Sequence record: PZ452595.1 | Direction: 5' to 3' (one strand) | DNA from: a phage | Length of the DNA stretch: 64,000 nt | Shown: in pieces, positions 37,468 to 47,048 of the stretch | Numbering within the stretch: the first letter of the stretch is position 1 | Layout: every line of letters starts with the position of its first letter | Translations under genes and position numbers: made by a program | The notes under the pieces: generated by a model | The model's input: the letters and a program-made list of their open reading frames with translations, nothing else | The model's database searches: none | Told to the model about the DNA's origin: nothing

Positions 37468-37656
37468 TTAGTCATAATAATCAGTAACAGTCCAAGCTTC
37501 ATTTCTATTGGACATTATTTTTGTATATTCTGCTTTAAATGCATTCCTAAGCATAGATTCAGTAACTATATGCTCTTCATTAGAAAAATTATTTCTCAGA
37601 ATATATCGTTTTATTTCAGGAATAGTTAATAGATGCTGTCCAGTTGAATATTCCAT
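37468..37656 (-). CDS. hypothetical protein (62 aa)
   Basis: ORF track; SD GGAGG; MotA-box promoter upstream. Confidence 0.5.
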   Translation of the reverse strand: MEYSTGQHLLTIPEIKRYILRNNFSNEEHIVTESMLRNAFKAEYTKIMSNRNEAWTVTDYYD

Positions 37657-37684
37657 GTTTTTCCTCCATAGAGATTATACTCTA

Positions 37685-37708
37685 ATAAATTAAAGCATAA
37701 TCTCTTAT
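37685..37708 (-). promoter_or_regulatory. MotA-box middle promoter upstream of 37468..37656/rpbA
   Basis: TGCTTTA - 11 nt - TATAAT. Confidence 0.5.
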
Positions 37709-37711
37709 AAA

Positions 37712-39394
37712 TTAAACCATTACAGTAAATCGACCAACTTTCTTCATTTGAAGATGCTGACCATATGCTTGTGGGTCATGGTCTCTATGCGAAATAACAA
37801 AAACATTAGTATTTTTTAAACTATCTAAAATAGTTGAAATAGCTTTTACACCTTCAACATCGGTCGCTGAATCAAAAACTTCGTCAAGAATTAACGTGTT
37901 TATTTTAACACCTGAAACTTTTTCAGCAATATCACGCCAAGTAAATAAAAGAGCAATATCAATTCGTGCTTTTTCACCTTGACTGAATGAAGCATAACTA
38001 AAATCTTCACGACCACGGGATTTAATTGTCTCATTAAATTCTTCATCTAATGTAAACACATAATCCGCTTCCATTATTTTAAGATAATGGTTAATCTGCT
38101 TATTAAATAATGGAATGTACTTTTTAATAATAGCACCTTTAATACCAGAATCTTTGAGCATATCAGTCAAAATTCCTCGGTGGTATTTTTCCATTACTAA
38201 ATTAGTTTTTGTCTTAACAATTTTATCAAGTTCTTCTTGAAGCAGTGCTATTTCATCAGCATGGTCAATAAACTCAGAAGATGCTTTTTCTATAGCCGCT
38301 TTAACTTTTTTAGCTTTATCTACCGTCGTGATTAGAGATTGCTTTTTATTGCGAATATCATTTGCCAACGACTGTTGGGTTTTAATATTATCTCGGTATT
38401 CATCAACAAGAACTTTTAAATTATCACGATGTGTTGAAAGCTGTTCAAACGAATGCGTACATTCAGAAACTTTATCTTTAATTTTAGAAACAACTTTATC
38501 ACCGGAACTCAATTGTGACAAACAGGTTGGACATAATCCACCTTCGTGATACATATTAATGACTTTATTATACGAGTCAATTTTTGATTTAATTAAAACT
38601 GCTTCTTGACCGATTTTATTAAATGCATCAGTCGGGTCTTCATCTAAAACAATATTAACTAATCTTTCGTTAGCTTCTTCTATTTCCGATTTTAGCGTTC
38701 TAGCTTCTTTTGCCAAATCATCATACATATTTTGCAGACGAGTAAGGTTGTCACCCGTTAATTTTTTCTGGCGTTCAACGTTATCATTATATATTTTAAT
38801 TTGTTGGATAATACTATATTTTTTAACATCAAGCACTTGGTTCTGCGAATTTAATTCACGTATTAGTGCTTTATTAAGCTTATCCATTTCAGCTAATGTT
38901 CCTACCTCGAGCAGGTCTTCCACAAGCTTTCTTCGCGCAGGGGTCGACAAACCCATGAAAGGGGTATACCCTGCTGTACCAAGGACAACAATCTGCTTGA
39001 AACTGGCATATGACATTCCGATAAGCTGTTCAAATTCTGCTTGGAAATCTTTACTGCTGGCAGATTCATTAAGACGTGTACCGTTAACGGTGATTTCAAA
39101 AACGTTTGGTTTTTGTCCTCTTTTGATATAGTATTTTTTCTCATCATATTCCATCCACAGTTCAACTAAAAGTTCTTTCTTATTTGTGCTGTTTATTAAT
39201 TGACCTTTCTTTACATCACGAAATGGCTTACCAAAAAGCCCAAATGTGATGGCTTCTAGCATAGTAGACTTACCACCGCCATTTCGGCCAGTAATAAGAG
39301 TTTTTTGAACCTTATCTAATTGAATGTCAATAGGATTTCCACCTACTGACATTATATTTTGATACCTAACTCGGTTTAGTTTAAAATTCTTCAC
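37712..39394 (-). CDS. 46: gp46 recombination nuclease subunit (Rad50/SbcC-like)
   Basis: 560 aa as T4 gp46; Walker A GRNGGGKST. Confidence 0.85.
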   Translation of the reverse strand: MKNFKLNRVRYQNIMSVGGNPIDIQLDKVQKTLITGRNGGGKSTMLEAITFGLFGKPFRDVKKGQLINSTNKKELLVELWMEYDEKKYYIKRGQKPNVFEITVNGTRLNESASSKDFQAEFEQLIGMSYASFKQIVVLGTAGYTPFMGLSTPARRKLVEDLLEVGTLAEMDKLNKALIRELNSQNQVLDVKKYSIIQQIKIYNDNVERQKKLTGDNLTRLQNMYDDLAKEARTLKSEIEEANERLVNIVLDEDPTDAFNKIGQEAVLIKSKIDSYNKVINMYHEGGLCPTCLSQLSSGDKVVSKIKDKVSECTHSFEQLSTHRDNLKVLVDEYRDNIKTQQSLANDIRNKKQSLITTVDKAKKVKAAIEKASSEFIDHADEIALLQEELDKIVKTKTNLVMEKYHRGILTDMLKDSGIKGAIIKKYIPLFNKQINHYLKIMEADYVFTLDEEFNETIKSRGREDFSYASFSQGEKARIDIALLFTWRDIAEKVSGVKINTLILDEVFDSATDVEGVKAISTILDSLKNTNVFVISHRDHDPQAYGQHLQMKKVGRFTVMV

Positions 39395-39606
39395 AAAAGA
39401 TTCCTTTTAATGTATCTTTTAGACCATTCTATCATATCATCATAATCTAAAAAGTATTCATCAAATTCAGCCATGCAAACAACACCTTGTGCTGTTTTTG
39501 ATGTAATATAAATTATTCCAACATATCTAGAATCTTCTTCGGTATAATCAATATTTGCTATGAATTCATCATTAATGTCAAATGTCGAAAACTTCACAGT
39601 ATGCAT
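39391..39606 (-). CDS. hypothetical protein (~71 aa)
   Basis: Internal ATG of track ORF 39391..39654; overlaps neighbour. Confidence 0.45.
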   Translation of the reverse strand: MHTVKFSTFDINDEFIANIDYTEEDSRYVGIIYITSKTAQGVVCMAEFDEYFLDYDDMIEWSKRYIKRNLL

Positions 39607-39841
39607 CCTTAATACAAGATACAGCCATATCTCGCAATGATTTAGGTGTGTCATTATCTAAAATGTTGAAGTTAAAAGATACAGCCCAGTCAGTGCAGAC
39701 TGTAACCTTTTTAATACAATTATCTTCAACCTCTAACGGTTCAAACCAATATTCAATAATTTCTTTATGCCCAATATCATCTTTTACTTCGCATTCAAAA
39801 TGCTGACTCATCATAACATTTTTAAATTCATCAAAAGTCAT
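39578..39841 (-). CDS. hypothetical protein (87 aa)
   Basis: ORF track; 4-nt overlap with gene 47. Confidence 0.5.
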   Translation of the reverse strand: MTFDEFKNVMMSQHFECEVKDDIGHKEIIEYWFEPLEVEDNCIKKVTVCTDWAVSFNFNILDNDTPKSLRDMAVSCIKDAYCEVFDI

Positions 39842-40857
39842 TGTGTTGCCTCTACATATAACTGATTTGCATATTGAATAAGTGCTTCACGGTCAGAATC
39901 AGTGATGTCTGGAATTGCATTAATATACTCTTCCATTAATGTCTGAAGCGATTGAACTTCAACTTCTTCACTGTCATCTGACTCGACAGAGTTATCAATC
40001 TTTGACACAACTCGTAATGAATGCACAACTTTTTCTAGTTCAGATTCGAACTTCGTCAGATTTTTGTCTACTTCAGTTACTATAACACGTACTGATAGAT
40101 TTGTAAAATCTTTATAGTCAATTTTTCCTTTAAATGGATAATGAATTCTACGGTGCCAGGTAGTATTGTTTGGAATAAATTCCATTCGTTCTGTTTCTGT
40201 ATCAAACATCCAGAACCCACGAGGGTCATTCTCGTCACCTGCAGTTAGTGTCCATGGTGTCCCAATATATCTGACGTTAGCAGCCTCAGAGATAGTATGG
40301 AAGTGACCAGACCACACCTCTTTATAAGTCTTAAGGAAATCAGGTTCAAGGCCGTGAGATTTCATTCCTTTATAAAAATAAAATCCATTCAGCTCCCAGT
40401 GACCAACACAAAAAGAAGCAGATGAAGTTTTGATGTGTTCAAGAATTTCACCAGTATTTTCTTCACACATCCAAGGAATTAAATCAATCAAACATCCGTC
40501 AAAATCTACTGTAGTAGGCTTATCATATACTTTAACATTAGGATATTTAGCCAAAAGCTCAGTAGAAGCATTTGGAGTTAAAGTATTTTTAAAGTGCATA
40601 TCATGGTTTCCTACAACAGTATGTAGGGTAATACCAGCATCATCAAGCATTTGAACTATTTCACGAGCGAACTCCATAGTTTTATGCGTGATTGCTTTTC
40701 GCACATCAAAAATATCGCCGTATTGAATCCATGTAGTAATTCCATTTTTCTTAGAATATTCTATTGCTTGTTTAATTCCATCCAACTGAATAGATTGAAC
40801 CCACTCATCATCAGCTTTAACGCCTAAATGCCAATCACCTAAATTTAAAATTTTCAT
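39838..40857 (-). CDS. 47: gp47 recombination nuclease subunit (Mre11/SbcD-like)
   Basis: 339 aa as T4 gp47; phosphoesterase motifs (GDWH, GNHD). Confidence 0.85.
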   Translation of the reverse strand: MKILNLGDWHLGVKADDEWVQSIQLDGIKQAIEYSKKNGITTWIQYGDIFDVRKAITHKTMEFAREIVQMLDDAGITLHTVVGNHDMHFKNTLTPNASTELLAKYPNVKVYDKPTTVDFDGCLIDLIPWMCEENTGEILEHIKTSSASFCVGHWELNGFYFYKGMKSHGLEPDFLKTYKEVWSGHFHTISEAANVRYIGTPWTLTAGDENDPRGFWMFDTETERMEFIPNNTTWHRRIHYPFKGKIDYKDFTNLSVRVIVTEVDKNLTKFESELEKVVHSLRVVSKIDNSVESDDSEEVEVQSLQTLMEEYINAIPDITDSDREALIQYANQLYVEATQ

Positions 40858-40992
40858 ATATCAAGAACCGTCATTGAAATGCAAAATAAAATTATTGAAA
40901 TAAATCCATCTGGAGTGCTAAAGAACCCAATCCAACATGCTCTAGTGAATAGATAGAATGCAAGAAAAAGTATCACATATCCAAGAAATATC

Positions 40993-41017
40993 ATTATATC
41001 AAACTCCGTATAAAGCT
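40993..41017 (-). promoter_or_regulatory. MotA-box middle promoter upstream of gene 47
   Basis: AGCTTTA - 12 nt - TATAAT; conflicts with a possible 47-aa ORF start inside the -10. Confidence 0.4.
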
Positions 41018-41035
41018 AAAGGGCCGAAGCCCTTT
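41018..41035 (-). terminator. UUCG-tetraloop hairpin after a-gt
   Basis: aaagggccgaagcccttt. Confidence 0.55.
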
Positions 41036-42236
41036 ATTTTGTAATAATGTCAAACTGTTCTTTAAAGCAGAAGCTTGAATCTTGATGCTGATACAAAAAT
41101 TCATATGCTTTTTCTCGCTCACGGTCATAAAGAGCTCGATCAGATGACAGTTCTTTAATACGCTCGAATGTTGATTCCATGTCATTTTCATCAAACCAAA
41201 TGATACCGCTATCATGCGAGGTCAAAGGAGTATTATCAACACGGAATTTCAAATTATCACCCGTTGATTTCCAGAAAACAGGAATTGTACCGCAAGCACC
41301 AAGCTCGAGATGAGTATATTCTAAAGAACGTTGTAGATATTTTTTGTCCAACTTACTCAGCTGATAACCAAATCCGGATTTACTCATGCGTTCAAGCATT
41401 TCGCTATTTACATAACGGTCAAGAATTTGCGTTGGCAAATTAGGAGCAATTTTAATTTGGTCTACTTGATGAAGACGATAATACTCGTATGGAATTCCTT
41501 TTTCTTTAATAGGAATGAACGCTGGAGAACGTTCCAGACCTTCCATAACAGTACTTAGTCCTGCAGGTTTAAGATGTTTTTCGTGAAAATCAAACATCTG
41601 ATAAAAACCTTTCCATGTAGTCGTACGACCAATCCAACGGTTGATATTCATGTTAATTTCAGAAACATCTTTCCAGTAGGTTGATCGAACCTTCGCAATA
41701 TCCATAGGAGGCTGAAAGTTATATACGGTTGGTGCTTCTTCAATATCATCAAACAGAGAAACTGTTTCTGGATACCATTCTTTCATCAGAACTTTATTAA
41801 AATCACCATTATCAGAATGGCTAAAAATAACATCAGCTCGACGAACAGTTTCTTCTAATCCCAAATTTCGGCGCAAAGAAAGAGAAGAATGGTCATGTTG
41901 ATAAACTACAACACGAACCGAAGGTTTAATGTTATCAATAATTTTTTTATAGTTATTAATAGTATCTTCTTCAACTGAAGTAGCAGGAACTGAATTGATA
42001 ATTAGAATATCACAATCATTTACCAGCTTAAGTGTTTTATCGTATTCTTTTGCCAATAAAACCGGAATTGAAAATGATTTATAATCATGTGCACAGTTAC
42101 GAGTAAATGATTTATCTTTAGCATAAACCAAAGTTACTTCATGACCATTTTTAATAAACCAATCACGTTGCTCAAGAGAAAATTTAGTTACACCACAACC
42201 TTCAAGACCTCGAGCCATAAAAATACATACTTTCAT
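41034..42236 (-). CDS. agt: alpha-glucosyltransferase
   Basis: 400 aa; near-identical to T4 a-gt by recall (CIFMARGLEGCGVTKFSLEQ). Confidence 0.85.
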   Translation of the reverse strand: MKVCIFMARGLEGCGVTKFSLEQRDWFIKNGHEVTLVYAKDKSFTRNCAHDYKSFSIPVLLAKEYDKTLKLVNDCDILIINSVPATSVEEDTINNYKKIIDNIKPSVRVVVYQHDHSSLSLRRNLGLEETVRRADVIFSHSDNGDFNKVLMKEWYPETVSLFDDIEEAPTVYNFQPPMDIAKVRSTYWKDVSEINMNINRWIGRTTTWKGFYQMFDFHEKHLKPAGLSTVMEGLERSPAFIPIKEKGIPYEYYRLHQVDQIKIAPNLPTQILDRYVNSEMLERMSKSGFGYQLSKLDKKYLQRSLEYTHLELGACGTIPVFWKSTGDNLKFRVDNTPLTSHDSGIIWFDENDMESTFERIKELSSDRALYDREREKAYEFLYQHQDSSFCFKEQFDIITK

Positions 42237-42260
42237 TTAATATCCTCTTTGTTTTGGTTT

Positions 42261-42284
42261 ATTTTACCAAAAATTTATAAAGCA
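42261..42284 (-). promoter_or_regulatory. MotA-box middle promoter upstream of a-gt
   Basis: TGCTTTA - 11 nt - TAAAAT. Confidence 0.4.
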
Positions 42285-42286
42285 AT

Positions 42287-42306
42287 ATAGGAGCCGAAGC
42301 TCCTAT
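42287..42306 (-). terminator. UUCG-tetraloop hairpin upstream of a-gt promoter
   Basis: ataggagccgaagctcctat. Confidence 0.5.
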
Positions 42307-42479
42307 CCACATAATACGCCATACAGAGGCTCGTTAGAACTTTTAAATTTTATGCGCTTATATTTTATAGTTCCTTCTGCTTTAGCTTTATCATGAGACT
42401 CTTTAAAGCGTCTCATCATTTCCTCTTTAGAGGAACGAATTTTATTATAATCTATTTCAGAAGTCTGGGTGTTCATCTT

Positions 42480-42683
42480 TCACAGTTGCCACCATTTTTT
42501 AACTTGATAAGAATCAACCCACACTTTCATATTAGGGTCTGCTCTTACAATAGGAGGATTAACTTCTTTAATTGAACTATCATGGTATTCTTTTTCAGAA
42601 ATTTTCACACAAAGATGACCATTCAAAGATTCAGTAAATCCTGCATTAATTTTAAGACGCTTGAATTTTACGTGTGTAAGCAT
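42480..42683 (-). CDS. hypothetical protein (67 aa)
   Basis: ORF track. Confidence 0.45.
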   Translation of the reverse strand: MLTHVKFKRLKINAGFTESLNGHLCVKISEKEYHDSSIKEVNPPIVRADPNMKVWVDSYQVKKWWQL

Positions 42684-42969
42684 TAATCATATCCTCAATT
42701 TGCGATCTAGTAGTCTTCCAAAGAATACTGATGAGTTCATCGTTATATGGCTGTTTTAGAATATCCCGACTTTTCTTGATAGCATATTCGTATTGAGCAA
42801 AATTATTATTTTCAGCTGCAATCTGAGCGTGCTTATAAAGACGATTCAGTTCGCGTTTGTTTTTAGACAATAACTTATTTGCTTTTCTTTCTGCTTCAAG
42901 ACGGTTCTTTTCTTCAATAGAAGAAATAAGCTTTTCCACTTCATCATTAATTTCGGGTTTATCAGTCAT
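42652..42969 (-). CDS. hypothetical protein (105 aa)
   Basis: ORF track. Confidence 0.5.
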   Translation of the reverse strand: MTDKPEINDEVEKLISSIEEKNRLEAERKANKLLSKNKRELNRLYKHAQIAAENNNFAQYEYAIKKSRDILKQPYNDELISILWKTTRSQIEDMINAYTRKIQAS

Positions 42970-42970
42970 A

Positions 42971-43189
42971 TTATTTCTCTAATATAAAATAAAAATCATC
43001 ATCTGTTAAATGATACCGATAATTTAATTCTACACCATTAGATTTAAAAGCGGTATCATACGGATTTTCTGGATCAATATCAATGTCAAGAGCTAAAACT
43101 TCCCTGAGATACATTTTAAGTAAATAGGGAATAGCTTCAACTTCAGGTATTTCTTCCAAAAATCCGGAGAGGTTAATCGTTAGCCTCAT
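42971..43189 (-). CDS. hypothetical protein (72 aa)
   Basis: ORF track. Confidence 0.5.
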
Positions 43190-43730
43190 ATAAAAAATCC
43201 AAACTAGGAGAATCGTCTACAACACTTTTCTTTTCAGCCCCCGGTGTTCTATAGGTTGATTCTTCGTAATGCGTCATTTTATCGTAGATGTCTTGAATAA
43301 AAGTTTCATCTACTAACGCAACCATATCGTCGTCACGGCTGTCATAGACATTGTGAACGAAGTAACTATATTTCTTTGCAACTTCCTTACGTTCTTTTTT
43401 AATACGTTGGACGAATGCATTAAAACAAGCTTGAGTTATATATGCATGTGGGTTTTTATATTTCGTTTCATCAAAATTGTGAAGCCCCTTAATAGAAGCT
43501 TCTATACCATCTGCAATCATTTCTTGTTTCCAAGACTGGGTGTATCCTGAAAAGTTGAAACGTTTAGATAAGCCTTCTGCAATAAGCATAATGGCTAATC
43601 CGATAGTATCATTCTGACGAACTACTTTATTTGGGTCTTTATTATTTGCTAATTCTGTTTTCCAATCAATAATAGCTTGTAAAAGCTCTTTATTGTTTAC
43701 GTAATTATATTTAGGCTTAGTTTCTGACAT
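43173..43730 (-). CDS. 55: gp55 late-transcription sigma factor
   Basis: 185 aa from [18 protein letters not shown] as T4 gp55; track ORF starts 2 codons earlier at GTG. Confidence 0.9.
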
Positions 43731-43808
43731 TTTCACCTCTTAGCTCAATTCATAGATCTATTATATCATAATATTTGAAGATCTATCTTAAAGCATAGAG
43801 GATATCAG

Positions 43809-44078
43809 TTATCTAAGTAAACAGTATGCTTGGAATACTTTCTCCATCATCTTTTTAAATTCATGAATATCTATATAATGACTAGTTAGTTCAGCATGAT
43901 ATAAAAAGTCTAAAAACTTTTCATGTGTACTAACATATTCACTTTCATTTAATTCAGAAACATGGCTTTCCCAATATCCAACACCAGTCTTATTTGGGAA
44001 AAATGAAATTTTCATGTATTGGTCAACATAGAAAATGCCATAATTTTCAATAGTAATAGAAATATTAATAAATTTCAT
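43809..44078 (-). CDS. hypothetical protein (89 aa)
   Basis: ORF track. Confidence 0.5.
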   Translation of the reverse strand: MKFINISITIENYGIFYVDQYMKISFFPNKTGVGYWESHVSELNESEYVSTHEKFLDFLYHAELTSHYIDIHEFKKMMEKVFQAYCLLR

Positions 44079-44290
44079 ACATTTATCAGCTTAGCCGCTC
44101 CAAGAGCTGCATCTAGTGAATCAAATTGATCGACATATTCAATCAGTTTGCCGTAATTAGCATATAACCACCATTGGCTAAATTCATACTCAAGGATGAA
44201 TCCATTTCCTTCAATTTGAGTTAAACCATTGCCGTTTGTATTTACTTCATATCCGGCAAGACGTAAATCGTTAATAAGAGCTTCGTTCAT
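44075..44290 (-). CDS. hypothetical protein (71 aa)
   Basis: ORF track. Confidence 0.5.
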   Translation of the reverse strand: MNEALINDLRLAGYEVNTNGNGLTQIEGNGFILEYEFSQWWLYANYGKLIEYVDQFDSLDAALGAAKLINV

Positions 44291-44292
44291 AA

Positions 44293-44517
44293 TTATGCCT
44301 TAGTAATTTTCAGGTCTGCAAATTTTTTCTTGCGTTGATTTTTCATGCGACGAATAGTTTTATCGGAAATTTCATGCTTTTGATAAGCTTTAGATTCTAC
44401 ACCAAAAGCTTTAACATCAAATTCCGACAAGATATATTGAACCAACAATTCACGGACAGTATTGCGTCCAATTTTCTGATCATTCTGTTTCATCGTCTGA
44501 TGAAGCTCTTTTTCCAT
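44293..44517 (-). CDS. hypothetical basic protein (74 aa)
   Basis: ORF track. Confidence 0.5.
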   Translation of the reverse strand: MEKELHQTMKQNDQKIGRNTVRELLVQYILSEFDVKAFGVESKAYQKHEISDKTIRRMKNQRKKKFADLKITKA

Positions 44518-44670
44518 TTATCCAAAATTTGAGGAGTTACAATATCGCCTTTTTCTAGCAAAGAAACTACTTTATCATATGCGTAAGAATTGATGGCGTT
44601 TTTAATTTGAATAGTCATACATTATCCTCAATTGCGTTAAAATTTTATTATCCAAAAAGGGCCGAAGCCC

Positions 44671-44871
44671 TTAGCTAAACTTTTTGGCACCCTTCCAGCC
44701 TTCGTACATCATTGCGGCTGATATTAATATTGCTCCTGAGCAACTTGAATATTTGTGATTCCAAAACCAGTTTAGAAAAACTTCGTCATCAATACCTTGG
44801 GCTATCATATTTTCAAAGAACTGACGACGAGCTTCGGCAATTCGCTGCGATAATTTAGATTCAGGATTCAT
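44671..44871 (-). CDS. hypothetical protein (66 aa)
   Basis: ORF track; hairpin immediately downstream. Confidence 0.5.
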   Translation of the reverse strand: MNPESKLSQRIAEARRQFFENMIAQGIDDEVFLNWFWNHKYSSCSGAILISAAMMYEGWKGAKKFS

Positions 44872-45010
44872 TTAAATTTTCCAGTTACCGTTTTCATCAA
44901 TAAATTCAATCCAGTCATTTACTGACCACTTAGTTGTATCACCTTTTGGAGTAACATTTAAAGTGTATAACCCCTGCTTAAAAAGCATTCGTTTGATATT
45001 CATATTTTCC

Positions 45011-45349
45011 TCAGCTGTAACGATAACACTCGTTTGATTTACGTTTAGCAACTCGTTGAGATGTATTATAATCTAATTCATCGTCGATGTAAACATCTTT
45101 TTTCAACTTTCTCACTTCATTACGTAATTGACGATTTAATTCATTCTTAACCTCTGAATCAACACCTCGCATACGTCGCCATTTATCTGAACGAAAAATG
45201 TTTTCAACCATATCTTTATGACTTACACCATCAGGAGCTTTACGCTTTCCGAAATAGTCATAATCACGTACTTTTAAATCTTTACGACGATACGTTTTAC
45301 CCATGGAGTTTAATTTCCTTAGCAACTGAACTAAATACAGCACGGTCAC
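45011..45349 (-). CDS. hypothetical basic protein (112 aa)
   Basis: ORF track. Confidence 0.5.
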   Translation of the reverse strand: MTVLYLVQLLRKLNSMGKTYRRKDLKVRDYDYFGKRKAPDGVSHKDMVENIFRSDKWRRMRGVDSEVKNELNRQLRNEVRKLKKDVYIDDELDYNTSQRVAKRKSNECYRYS

Positions 45350-45479
45350 AAATCATCTGTTTATGTAACTTAAGTATAAGATAATAAACTTCAAAACCGT
45401 TTACATAAGTAACACGAACAACATTACCATTAATAAAATAATATTGTCCCCTTTTAATTTCTTTATCAACCACAACCAT
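45297..45479 (-). CDS. hypothetical protein (60 aa)
   Basis: ORF track; SD GAGGA; early promoter upstream. Confidence 0.5.
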   Translation of the reverse strand: MVVVDKEIKRGQYYFINGNVVRVTYVNGFEVYYLILKLHKQMICDRAVFSSVAKEIKLHG

Positions 45480-45509
45480 ATCAAATCCTCAAAGGCAATT
45501 CATATGTTA

Positions 45510-45539
45510 ATAATACCACAGTTTGAACTTGTTGTAAAC
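45510..45539 (-). promoter_or_regulatory. T4-type early promoter
   Basis: GTTTACA - 17 nt - TATTAT. Confidence 0.5.
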
Positions 45540-45620
45540 AACTTTGTGAAAAATATTTTAGGGAATGACAAGAAGGGAACGATAGCTTAGAATGGTAATA
45601 TACAGAATGCGAGAAAGAAA

Positions 45621-45634
45621 GGCCCAGAGGGCCC
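45621..45634 (-). terminator. GC hairpin after nrdH
   Basis: ggcccagagggccc. Confidence 0.45.
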
Positions 45635-45637
45635 GTC

Positions 45638-45961
45638 TTAATCTTCTATGATATCTCTATCATATCCAAGTGAAATGAGAGTTTCTTTGAAGTGTTTAAT
45701 GTTCTTTTGTCTAGAATCATTAATGAAAATGACTGGATAACGAATGTTAAGAGATGTGAATCCAGCGCGTTTAGCAAGAGATACAATCAGTGGACGATCA
45801 TACTCAATCTTACCGTTATTTGTAAGAACTTTATAGAAAGTAAAAGGAGCATTGAGCTCCTTTAGAAGTTTTGTAACTGATTGACATCCAGGACAACGAC
45901 CTACTTCATCTGGAATTCCATAGACTTCAATCTTATTCTTTAAGTTCGAGTTTTGTTCCAC
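45638..45961 (-). CDS. nrdH: NrdH-like glutaredoxin/thioredoxin-fold protein
   Basis: KIEVYGIPDEVGRCPGCQ redox motif; start uncertain (GTG at 45961 with AAGGAA SD, or ATG at 46009). Confidence 0.55.
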   Translation of the reverse strand: MEQNSNLKNKIEVYGIPDEVGRCPGCQSVTKLLKELNAPFTFYKVLTNNGKIEYDRPLIVSLAKRAGFTSLNIRYPVIFINDSRQKNIKHFKETLISLGYDRDIIED

Positions 45962-46244
45962 GAGAAATAATTCCTTGGTAAGCCCAATAAGGAGGATTAA
46001 CAGAATCATCACCAGAATTTTCTTCAGGGAAATAAACCTGGATAACGAAGCCGGATTCATCAAAGGTGAAATAAGTAGTAGGCAGTTCACCTAACAAATC
46101 GGCACGAGCGTCGATTTCTTCGAGGTCTTGTTCACGTCCAGCCCAGAAGCTTGGGTTCAGACTACATTCATAGAAATAATAGTCATTACCGAACATATCA
46201 AAACCATTCCAACTCTCTACTACATACCGCTCAAAACTAATCAT
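45933..46244 (-). CDS. hypothetical protein (103 aa)
   Basis: ORF track. Confidence 0.5.
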   Translation of the reverse strand: MISFERYVVESWNGFDMFGNDYYFYECSLNPSFWAGREQDLEEIDARADLLGELPTTYFTFDESGFVIQVYFPEENSGDDSVNPPYWAYQGIISRGTKLELKE

Positions 46245-46246
46245 AA

Positions 46247-46462
46247 TTAAGCCTTTTTATCAAGAACAGCATTCAGCTTGTTAGTAATTTTATCCAGACG
46301 CTCATTGAACTCACTAGAAGATAAGCCCTTTTCTGGAGAAATTAAACTAATAACGAAAAATACAACAATAAAAGGAATAAGAAAAATAGCTCCAACTGCC
46401 ATAAACAGAAAGAATGTTACAGTTGTAAGAAAATCAGCTAAACCTTTACGAAATTTATACAT
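46247..46462 (-). CDS. small membrane protein (71 aa)
   Basis: ORF track; TM segment VTFFLFMAVGAIFLIPFIVVFFVISLI. Confidence 0.5.
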   Translation of the reverse strand: MYKFRKGLADFLTTVTFFLFMAVGAIFLIPFIVVFFVISLISPEKGLSSSEFNERLDKITNKLNAVLDKKA

Positions 46463-46577
46463 ATTTTACCCTTAATTGATTAACCAAGCATTGATAAGCA
46501 CTAAACTATATTGCGAATAAAATTCTGGACCAAAATGAAAAATCATATCATTTATAGTATCCATAATGTAATTCAAT

Positions 46578-47048
46578 TTAATCATGTGTCCACCCCTCAT
46601 CGGTATTTGACCAAAGTCGCTGATTATCTGATCCTCGCCACAGCTTTTTGGTCGGAAGATTTTTCTCATACTTCCCATCAATAATAACATCAACATATTT
46701 AAGCATTTCTAGTTGTTTAATATCTTCAAACTTATATCCTGTCCACAACCAAATGCTTTTATTGGGATAAAGATTTTTAATAGTTTGAACCACAGAGTGA
46801 ATCACGTCTCTGTTATCAGGATAAAGAGGGTCTCCTCCAGTTATAGTTAATCCTTCTATATAATCATTATTCAAACATTCAATTAATTGCTCTAGTGTTT
46901 CACCAGTGAATGGAATGCCATTTCTAGCATTCCATGTTGATTTATTATAACACCCTTCACATTTATGCAAACAACCTGTAACGAAAAGAACGACCCTGCA
47001 ACCAGGGCCATTCACAAAATCGCAAGGATAAAATCTATCATAATTCAT
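46578..47048 (-). CDS. nrdG: NrdG, anaerobic ribonucleotide reductase activase (radical SAM)
   Basis: 156 aa as T4 NrdG; cysteine cluster CLHKCEGC. Confidence 0.85.
   Translation of the reverse strand: MNYDRFYPCDFVNGPGCRVVLFVTGCLHKCEGCYNKSTWNARNGIPFTGETLEQLIECLNNDYIEGLTITGGDPLYPDNRDVIHSVVQTIKNLYPNKSIWLWTGYKFEDIKQLEMLKYVDVIIDGKYEKNLPTKKLWRGSDNQRLWSNTDEGWTHD

Noticed and set aside
46472-46696. 74-aa ORF overlapping the 3' end of nrdG
   Set aside because: Overlaps nrdG by ~120 nt in a different frame; at most a short peptide downstream of nrdG could be real, and support is weak.
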